The translations under genes were made by a program, and so were the position numbers. Positions 56,360 through 64,000 of a DNA stretch of 64,000 nucleotides are shown piece by piece. The stretch's first letter is position 1; every line of letters starts with the position of its first letter. This stretch comes from an uncultured Gemmatimonadales bacterium (lineage in GTDB: Bacteria > Gemmatimonadota > Gemmatimonadetes > Longimicrobiales > RSA9). Below the pieces are notes generated by a model. It worked only from the letters and a program-made list of their open reading frames with translations. It ran no database searches and had not been told where the DNA came from. The stretch spans positions 704,001 to 768,000 of the forward strand of contig CAWCRS010000003.1 in assembly GCA_963798085.1 (NCBI GenBank), written 5' to 3'.

Positions 56360-58449
56360 TTGCCATTCTCCTTGCCATGTCTCCGGGCGTTCCGGTGTTC
56401 CTGCTGCGCGCCGCCCTGGCGGGCCCACGCGCTTTCGTTCTGGTTGCTGCCATTGCCTTTGTTGCGCGACGCGTCCCTGCCCGCCTGCGGCATCACCAGC
56501 GGCGAGGCCTCGCCTGCTTCGCGGATCAGTACCGAAGCATCCAGCCCCCGCCGTTCGAGGATCTGACGCAGTTCGCCGGTGTGCGTGGCCAGCTGCGCCG
56601 CGGCCGTCGGATCAGTCACATCAATGGCCGCATTCACGCTGGTGCCGCGCAGGCCCACGCGGATGCGGGCGGCATCACTGCCATCGGCGCCCGTGATGTG
56701 GAGTGTGACGCCGGAGGCAGGCGAGGCTTGCGCCGCATCCTGCAGCGCGAGTACACGCGCCACGCGTGCGCCAATGTCCACGCCCTGCGCTGCGCCCGCG
56801 CCCGCCGCCTGCTGCGGCTGCGATCCGGCCACGGCGCGCCAGAGCGCGCGGGCCGCGTCGTCGCCCTGCAAACCTGCGGTCAGCGGATCCGCGCTGCTGC
56901 GACCATCACCATCACTGCTCGTGCCCTGCTCGCGCAGAGCGGCCGCCAGCTGGCTGGCCCGTGTGTTGCGCGCGGTCAGACTGCCCGTGTCCGTGGTCTG
57001 CGGCGCACCGGCGGTCGTGTTGACCGTGGCCCCGGATGCGGCCGCGAGTGCGCCTCGCGCCGCCGCAGTGACCGCGGCCGGTGCCTCCAGCAGGCTGGCC
57101 ACGCGCGCCACCTGCGCGGTCGCCGCCACTGTCGCCACCGGCGCGGGCGCCGAAGCGTCTCCGCTCATGACCGGCGGGGCTGCGGAGCGGCCGCCTTCCA
57201 GCGCACCGTCAGGAGCCAGCTGGCGAATGGTCTGCATGTCGCCCGCCGCGCCGCGCAGTTCGATGTGACCGGGATCGGACGGGCCCAGTGTGCTCAGTCC
57301 TTCCTGTGCGCAGAGCTGCGCCAGGCGGGCGTACTGGGCGTCGTCGCCTCCCTCGATGACGACATTGGCCGCGAGGCCGGCAGTGTGGTTCGAGTGCTTC
57401 GTCCACGTCACCGTCTGGCCCGGCTGCGTGCGACCCTGCGCGTACAGCGCATCCTGCCGCGGCTGCGAGCGCCAGGTCTCGACCACGTGCACATCCTCGC
57501 CGAATTCCTGCTTCATGCGCTCGATCACACGCTCCAGCTTCGTGCGGAACTCGGGCGCCAGTGCGTCCAGCGAACGTTGCACGTGTGTGCTGTCCGTATC
57601 CGTCGCCACCGGTTGCGCCAGCGCCGCGGCTGCGGCCTGTGCGGCAGCCGCGCTGTCCGCGGCATTGGAGGCGACACTGTTCTTCTGTGCGCCGGCGTTG
57701 TCAGAGGCGGCCGCACCGCTGCCAGCGGTCGGGGCCGGAGTGCGGTTGTCTGACTGGCTGTTAGGATCGTCCGTCGCCGTGCCGCCGCTGGCGCGGCCTG
57801 CCGCGGAGGCGCTGCGGCGCGACCCCTGGTCCGTGGCTGTGGCATCATCCAGCGCCTGCGCGGTGGCCCGTATGGCTGCCCGCCGCGTGCCCGGGTCGCC
57901 CGGCTCACTCGCCGTTGCCTCCGGCTGCATCAGGCCGGCCGGCCTTGCCGTGCCGCCATGGCCCGCGTCGCTGGCCGGGGCCCGTGCGCGGGCCAGCAGC
58001 AGTCCGAAGTCCGGACTGCCTGACACGGTATTATCGTTGCCCGGGTACGCCGCCGCCTGGGCGAGGCGTCCGTTGGCATTGCTGCCGTGGGCGCGCGTCT
58101 CGACGGACGCACTCGCGCCCGACAGCAGGCCGGCCACGCCGGCTTTGAGACGTCCCGCGGCTGCACGCGCTTCACCCGCATCCTGCATTGCGTCACCGCC
58201 TGTGTCATTGGTACTGCTGCCTGTTGCTGACGCGGCACCCGTCGCCCCGTCACCCACCACCTCCGCGTCATCCATGAAGCGGGCGAGAAGACTGCCAAAC
58301 CCCGGTACCGCCCTGCCCCGTTCAGCGCGCAGGCGGACGTCTGACGACGTCGCCTGCAGACCGGCCAGGGCCCGCTGCCCCGCGTGCTCACGCAACGGTG
58401 CAGAGTTCGGCGATTGCGCGCCGATCGCGGAGCCCGGGATCATCGCCAT
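56356..58449 (-). CDS. fliK: FliK-like hook-length control protein with internal M15C peptidase domain
   Basis: Canonical position before flgD (ATGA overlap); long Ala-rich low-complexity regions; C-terminal T3S4-like VTLHIT...IRVGLRGTSVNAAI...ELRQILERRGL; internal ETWRSQPRQDALYAQGRTQPG...SNH...DPGHIEL. Confidence 0.78.
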   Translation of the reverse strand: MAMIPGSAIGAQSPNSAPLREHAGQRALAGLQATSSDVRLRAERGRAVPGFGSLLARFMDDAEVVGDGATGAASATGSSTNDTGGDAMQDAGEARAAAGRLKAGVAGLLSGASASVETRAHGSNANGRLAQAAAYPGNDNTVSGSPDFGLLLARARAPASDAGHGGTARPAGLMQPEATASEPGDPGTRRAAIRATAQALDDATATDQGSRRSASAAGRASGGTATDDPNSQSDNRTPAPTAGSGAAASDNAGAQKNSVASNAADSAAAAQAAAAALAQPVATDTDSTHVQRSLDALAPEFRTKLERVIERMKQEFGEDVHVVETWRSQPRQDALYAQGRTQPGQTVTWTKHSNHTAGLAANVVIEGGDDAQYARLAQLCAQEGLSTLGPSDPGHIELRGAAGDMQTIRQLAPDGALEGGRSAAPPVMSGDASAPAPVATVAATAQVARVASLLEAPAAVTAAARGALAAASGATVNTTAGAPQTTDTGSLTARNTRASQLAAALREQGTSSDGDGRSSADPLTAGLQGDDAARALWRAVAGSQPQQAAGAGAAQGVDIGARVARVLALQDAAQASPASGVTLHITGADGSDAARIRVGLRGTSVNAAIDVTDPTAAAQLATHTGELRQILERRGLDASVLIREAGEASPLVMPQAGRDASRNKGNGSNQNESAWARQGGAQQEHRNARRHGKENGK

Positions 58450-58460
58450 GCCGGAACCGA

Positions 58461-59018
58461 CTACCGCCCGGCCAGCAAAGCCTTCGCGATGGCCGTGCCC
58501 CGTTCACCCTTGAACTTGGCCAGGATCGCTGCGGCCTTGCGTTCCGAGAGAGTCAACAGCACTGCCTTCACCGGAGCATCCTCCAGCGGTTCCAGGATGC
58601 GTGCCGCTTCTTCCGGCCGCATCGCTGCGAGAATGCGCGCCAGCCGCGCGGGAGGCGCATTGTGCGCGCTGAGTGAATCGAGGCGCATGCTGTCCGCGGG
58701 CGAGGTCTCCGGTGGCTTCGCGCCCGCGCTGGCCGCTGCGTGCTGCGCCTCGCCGGCTGCGGCTTCGTGCGCCTGCGCGCTGTCGCCCGTCATGGCGCTG
58801 GCCGCCGCCGAGTCAGGCTGCGCGTCTTCTGCCTGCCCCGTCGCGTTCGCCGCGGAATCCGCGGCCAGCGAGTCGGCGCGCAGAGAATCGGCCTTGAGCG
58901 AGCCGGCCGCCATTTCGGCGGCGTACCGGGTCGCGGCCTTGCGCATGGAAACGGTGGTGCCGCCGCCCGCGCCCAGCGCGAAGCACACGGTCGCGGCAAT
59001 CACGACTTTCATGTTCAT
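58461..59018 (-). CDS. YlxF/MotE/FlbB-like flagellar protein (MgtE_N-like helical repeats)
   Basis: N-terminal [19 protein letters not shown]...[11 protein letters not shown]; lies between fliJ and fliK. Confidence 0.7.
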   Translation of the reverse strand: MNMKVVIAATVCFALGAGGGTTVSMRKAATRYAAEMAAGSLKADSLRADSLAADSAANATGQAEDAQPDSAAASAMTGDSAQAHEAAAGEAQHAAASAGAKPPETSPADSMRLDSLSAHNAPPARLARILAAMRPEEAARILEPLEDAPVKAVLLTLSERKAAAILAKFKGERGTAIAKALLAGR

Positions 59019-59476
59019 GAAACGTCATCCTCCTGCTGGCGGCGCGTGAACCGGGCGAGCGCCACAGCATCCATCGTCGTGCGGTCCAGCCGCTCCTCGC
59101 CTTCCCGCCACAGTGTGAGATAGCGCTCGCGCAGCCGGTCCATGACCTGACGCTGCGTTAGAGCGTGCCGGAATTCATTGCGCGCCGTGTCCACGCGCGC
59201 GCCGGCTTCTTCCTGCGCCTTTTCCGCAACCGCCAGGTGTTCGTCGAGCTGCGCAATGAACAGCGCCATCTGCTGCAGCGTCCCTGCCGGCGCGGGTGTG
59301 CCGCTGCCACGGCTGGTGCCTTCGACCCCGCGATTGCGCGCGGCTTCGATGGCCAGGCGCTTCTGTTCGGCCAGTACCGCCTCGTTGTGCGCTTCCGCGA
59401 GCCGGGTGGCACTTTCCTTTTCCCGCTGCTCCCGTACTTCGAGCACCTTCTGCAGGCGAAACCGGAATCCACTCAC
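59015..59476 (-). CDS. fliJ: FliJ
   Basis: [16 protein letters not shown]...MDRLRER...MDAVA; GTGA overlap with the fliI stop. Confidence 0.85.
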   Translation of the reverse strand: MSGFRFRLQKVLEVREQREKESATRLAEAHNEAVLAEQKRLAIEAARNRGVEGTSRGSGTPAPAGTLQQMALFIAQLDEHLAVAEKAQEEAGARVDTARNEFRHALTQRQVMDRLRERYLTLWREGEERLDRTTMDAVALARFTRRQQEDDVS

Positions 59477-60810
59477 GATGCACCACCCGCCACGATTTTC
59501 GCCGCCAGCTCCAGCACGGCCTTTCTCGTATCGCCGAAACCCGTGCGCTCTGTCGGCGACTGCACCAGGAACGATTCCAGCGCGGGCCGCACGCGCAGTG
59601 CGGTGTCCAGCAGTGCGTCCGTGCCCGGCTGGTAGGCGCCCACGGCGATCAGGTCTTCCTTTTCGCGGTAGGCCGCCATGCATGCGCATCACCAGGTCGG
59701 CCGCCCGCCGGTGCTCGGCATCGGCCACGTGGTCGCGCACACGGCTGCTGCTCTCCAGCGCATCGATCGCGGGGAAGTGCGACGCCATGGCCAGCTTGCG
59801 CGTCAGCACGATGTGCCCGTCCAGGATCGAGCGCGCGGCGTCGGCCACCGGCTCGTTGAAGTCATCGCCTTCGACGAGCACCGTGTAGATGCCGCTGATC
59901 GCGCCATCGGCCGCGTTGCCGGCGCGCTCCAGCAGCCGGGGCAGTGCCGCGAACACGGAAGGCGGATAACCCTTCGTCGTGGGCGGCTCGCCTACCGCCA
60001 GTCCGATCTCGCGCCAGGCCATCGCCACGCGCGTGATCGAGTCGACCATGAGCAGCACGTGCTTGCCCTGGTCGCGGTAATACTCGGCGATGGCCGTGGC
60101 GAACTGCGCGCCGCGCGCGCGGATCAGTGCGGCCTCGTCGCCCGTCGCCACGATGACCACCGAGCGCGCCAGGCCTTCCGGGCCCAGCGAGTTCTCGATG
60201 AAGTCGCGCACCTCGCGGCCGCGCTCGCCCAGCAGCGCGATCACGTTGACGTCGGCCGACGTGTTGCGCGCGATCATGCCGAGCAGCGTGCTCTTGCCGA
60301 CGCCGCTGCCCGAGAAGATGCCGACGCGCTGGCCCCTGCCGATGGTGAGCAGGCCGTCGATGGCGCGCACACCGGTCGTGCAGCGGCTCGCCGATCATGC
60401 GGCGCTCGAGCGGGTTCGGCGGGTTGGTCTGCCATGGGCACGCGCGCGGTTGCCGCGCGGACCTGGCCCTTGCCGTCGATCGGGATGACCGAGGCCGTTG
60501 AGCACGCGGCCGAGCAGCGCCGGGCCCGACGTCCGGCGCCCAGGGAGCGGCCCAGCGGCTGCACGCAGGCTGCCGGGGTGCAGGCCATCCAGCTCGCCCA
60601 GCGGCATCAGCAGCACGCCGCGCTCGTGGAAGCCGACGACTTCGGCGAGCACCGTGTGACTCGCCGCGCGTCGCGCGCACACGGCACAGCTCGCCCAGTG
60701 CCACGTCCATGCCCGAGGCCTCGATGACGAGCCCGACCACGCGCGTCGTGCGGCCGAGGCCAATGGAAGCGCGTCGACGCTCTCCACCTGCGGATCAGTG
60801 ACTCAACCAT
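59473..60810 (-). CDS. fliI: Export ATPase FliI; several frameshifts
   Basis: [76 protein letters not shown] across frames. Confidence 0.93.
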
Positions 60811-61488
60811 CGACCAGCCGGTGGTAGATGCGTTCCAGCCATGGTCGACGCGGCCGTCGATCACGCGGTGTCGGCCCTTCGACCATGCAGCCGCCCGGCT
60901 GGATGTCGGGGTCGGCGACCCAGCGCGACTTCGCGCCCCGGTGCGATCGAGATGTTGCCGCCATCCGCGGCTGTGGCGGAGAGTCATGGACAGATCCTGC
61001 GGGTGCAGGCGCACGCGCAGCGGCTCGTCCACCGGGAACTGCGCCAGCGCCCGCCGTGTCAGATCGGCGACAATGTGCGCGTCACCGGTCAGCTCGCGTC
61101 CAACCAGCTGTTTGGCCACGGCCACGGCCAGCGCGCAGATGTTCTCGCGCGCGTTGTCCACCCATGTGCCCTCGCCGGCGCTCAGCTGTTCCATCACGCT
61201 GGCCAGCGCACCGAGCGCCGAGCGCACGCCCGCGGCTTGACGCTGCATGGTCTCGGCGGCGCCTTCGTCGAAGCCGCGCTGATAGGCTTCTTCCAGCTCG
61301 GCCTGGCGCTCGAGGGCCGCGCGCCGGTCGGCTTCGCGCCGCTCGCCCACGCCACGCAGTGCTTCGCCCGGTGCGGGCGGCATGGGTTGCGCGGCCACCT
61401 CGTCGGGCGACCACGTGTCGGGCACCACGCCGACCTTTTCCGGCAGCGGCGCCAGCGATGTCGCGATCCAGTCAGAGGACCATGTCAT
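60803..61488 (-). CDS. fliH: FliH; frameshifted near the 3' end
   Basis: EEAYQRGFDEG, LAVAVAKQLV, VRLHPQDL; lies between fliG and fliI. Confidence 0.85.
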
Positions 61489-62508
61489 CGTCGCTGCCTC
61501 CGATCACGATCTCGCCCGCCGCCTCCAGTGCACGCACCATCTTCACGATCGCCGTCTGCGCGCTCTCCACATCGCGCAGCCGCACGGGTCCGAGGAAGCC
61601 CATTTCCTCACGCAGCGCGTCGGCCGCGCGGCTCGACATGAGCGACAGGATACGCTGTTTGAGCGGATCGCTCGCCGCCTTGAGCGCGAGCGCCAGTTCT
61701 TTCATCTGCACGTCCTTCAGGACGCGCTGCAGCGAGCGATCGTCCAGCCGCACAATGTCCTCGAACACGAACATCAGGTTCTTGATCTGCTCGGACAGTG
61801 TCGGATCCCTGGCGGCGATGCTCTCGAGCAGTTCCTTCTCCACCGAGCCGGTCATCCGGTTGAGCACGGTGGCGACCGCCTGCGGTCCGCCGGCCACGCT
61901 CAGGTCCTTCGTGATGGACACGGTCGACTCGCTGCCGTAGCAGCGTTCGAGCACCTGCAGCACTTCCGGCAGCACCTTGTCCAGGCGAGCCAGGCGCAGC
62001 AGGATCTCGCCGCCCAGCTCGGTGGGTAACTGCTTGAGGATCGCGGCCGTCTGGTCCGCCTCGAGGTGCGCCATGAGCAGCGCCACTGTCTGTGGATGCT
62101 CGGCACGCAGCAGTGCGCTGATCTGTGTGGGATCGGCGTTGCGCAGATTGCGGAAGCCCGCGTTCTCACGCAGCTGTGCTTCGATCCGCTTCAGGATGCC
62201 TGGCTGCTTTCTGTGGCCCGATCGCCTGCTCCAGCACCTGACGCGCGTAGTCGACGCCGCCTTCCGCGATGGAGTTCGCCGCCGTCTCCATCTGGCCCCA
62301 CTCACCCAGGACCTCGGTCACGATTTCCGTGGGCACGCGCTCGATGCGCGCGATCTCGAAGGAGATCTCTTCGATCTCCTGCGGCGTGAAAGTCCTGGTC
62401 ACTTCGGCCGCCGTCTGCGGCCCCATGGCCATCAGCACGATCGCGGCCTTCTGTTTGCCGGACATGTCCTCGATCGGCGAGCGCCTGCGCGACGCGGCGG
62501 GTTGTCAC
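61472..62508 (-). CDS. fliG: Rotor protein FliG; frameshifted
   Basis: SGKQKAAIVL, GGVDYARQVL, EHPQTVAL, MFVFEDI, LALALK, MSSRAA, GPVRLRDVE. Confidence 0.95.
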
Positions 62509-62509
62509 G

Positions 62510-63977
62510 TCACGACTCCTTCATCCAGGCGCGCAGCATGCGCGCGGCCGTTTCCGGACTGTCCGCCGAGCGTTGCAGCATGGCCGCGAACGGCGAGGGC
62601 GCTATGACCGGCGCTTCCGGAAATTGCAGCGCTTCGGCTCTGCCGCCAGCCGCCGCGGGCAGTGCGCCGCGCGCCGCCGGAGAGGGCACGGCCGCAGCCG
62701 CGCGCAGTGCCTTCATCAGCTGCAGTGCGACCACAAACGCGAGCGCCAGTCCAATGCTCATGAAGATCTCGTTCCTGTAGCGCGGCACCATCATGAGGAC
62801 CGATGGCTTGCTGACCGGTTCCTGGGTGGGCACGCTGACCGAGAACGGCGCCGACATGACGGTGATCGCATCGCCGCGCGTCTTGTCCAGGCCAATGGCG
62901 TTGGAGACCAGCTGGTCCACGCGCGACAGCTCATCCGGCGTCCACGGCTGCGGCGTCTTGCCATCGGCCGCCGTGCGCTCATTCAGCATCACCGCGACCG
63001 TCAGCCGGTGCACCGTGCCGGCGGCGCCGGAGAAGGTCTCGATGCTCTTCGTCGTCTCGTAACTCGCCGATGATGCCGATGACGCCGCGCCCACCTGGCC
63101 TGGACTGGGCATGATATCGGAGCGCTCTTCCTTGGTCGTGACCTGCTCGTCCGGATTCAGCTTCTGCGTCGTGCGATCGATCTTGTCGAAGTTCAGGTCG
63201 GCGGCCACGCGAACACGCGCGTTACCCGTGCCCACGGTCTGCCCGACCAGGTCTTCGGCCTTGTGCTCGAGGTAGGCTTCCACGTCGCGGCGCATCTGCA
63301 GCTGGCGCTTGCTCAGTCCCGCCGCCGAGCCCGGCTCCACCGCGGCCGTCAGCAGGTGACCCGCATCATCCAGCACCGTCACGCGATCGCTTTCCAGGCC
63401 GTCCACGCTGCTCGCGACGAGCGAGGAGATGGCATCCACCAGCTCTTCGCCCGGCCGCGTGCCGCCCCGCGTAGCGTCAGCACCACCGACGCAGCTTCCG
63501 GCTGACTCGTCTTGCGGAACCCCGACGACTCGTTGATCGCAATGTGCACCGCGCAGACTGCACACCGCGCATCTCGCCGATCGTGCGCTCCAGCTCGCCT
63601 TCCAGCGCCCGCCGGTAGTTGATGCGCTGCGTGAAGTCGGTCATGCCCCAGGCCGGCTTGTCGAACAGCTCGAAGCCCGGGCGGCCCTTGGCCGGCAGAC
63701 CATCCCGCGCCAGTGCGACTCTCGCCTTGGCCAGGTCGCTTTCCGCGACCAGGATCCTGCGAGCCGCCATTTCCAGCTGGTATTTAATGCCCTGTTCGTC
63801 CAGCTTGGTCGTGACCTGGCTCACTTCGTCCAGCGAGAGCCCGGGCATGAGCGGCACATAGTCGGGCCGCGCGGCAATGCGCGCGATCCACAGGATCCCC
63901 ACAATGGAAGCGGCACCTGCTGCCAGGATGACAAAGGAACGCCCGCGACCGGCGCGCTCCATCCAGTTCCGAAGCAA
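62510..63977 (-). CDS. fliF: MS-ring protein FliF; frameshifts near 63500-63560, start approximate
   Basis: GFELFDKPAWGMTDF, RALEGELERTI, LVASSVDGL...VTVLD, LVSNAIGLDKTRGD, PETAARMLRAWM. Confidence 0.93.
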
Positions 63978-64000
63978 TCCGGCATCGTCGCCACGGCTCA

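Noticed and set aside
59015..60370. FliI-FliJ fusion suggested by the 451-aa ORF
   Set aside because: The FliI C-terminus ([13 protein letters not shown]) is in another frame ending at 59473, overlapping the fliJ GTG.
59473..63977. fliF/G/H/I as pseudogenes or programmed frameshifts
   Set aside because: Indels are scattered, motifs are conserved and I saw no consistent slippery-site pattern; sequencing error is simpler.
1..64000. tRNA, rRNA, transposase, integrase, prophage or defence genes
   Set aside because: None recognised by eye; a covariance-model scan would be needed to exclude small RNAs.

Overview
A high-GC (roughly two-thirds) bacterial chromosome segment, almost all on the minus strand. 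Gene content and style suggest Gemmatimonadota, which is an inference. It has four blocks. (1) 0.1-12 kb, scavenging genes: a Tat-exported GH127/GH146 hydrolase, a secreted M91-like zinc metalloprotease, a TonB-dependent receptor with two lipoproteins behind an 11-bp-period box, and a Tat-exported GH31. (2) 12-23 kb, an extended Kdp potassium-uptake locus: kdpE, an intact short kinase, a porin, a micropeptide, kdpFABC, and a full-length KdpD whose kinase motifs are degenerate. (3) 23.3-27 kb, a 1,220-aa exported Ig/BACON/B-repeat protein ending in a c-type heme domain. (4) 27-64 kb, a near-complete flagellar cluster (fliF to fliC/fliD/fliS/flgM/cheY/cheZ) with clear sigma28 and sigma54 promoters. 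Single-base frameshifts are frequent near both window ends and look like assembly errors. The most unusual signals are: a hook-length protein FliK carrying an internal M15C peptidoglycan-endopeptidase domain while FlgJ lacks its hydrolase; a KdpD pseudokinase paired with a sensor-truncated active kinase; csrA directly after flgK with no fliW or flgL, followed by a GGA-rich inverted-repeat region; degenerate FlhF/FlhG nucleotide motifs; and in-frame fliM-fliN, fliO-fliP and flgI-flgJ joins. All product calls come from motif recognition and gene order; no database searches were run.
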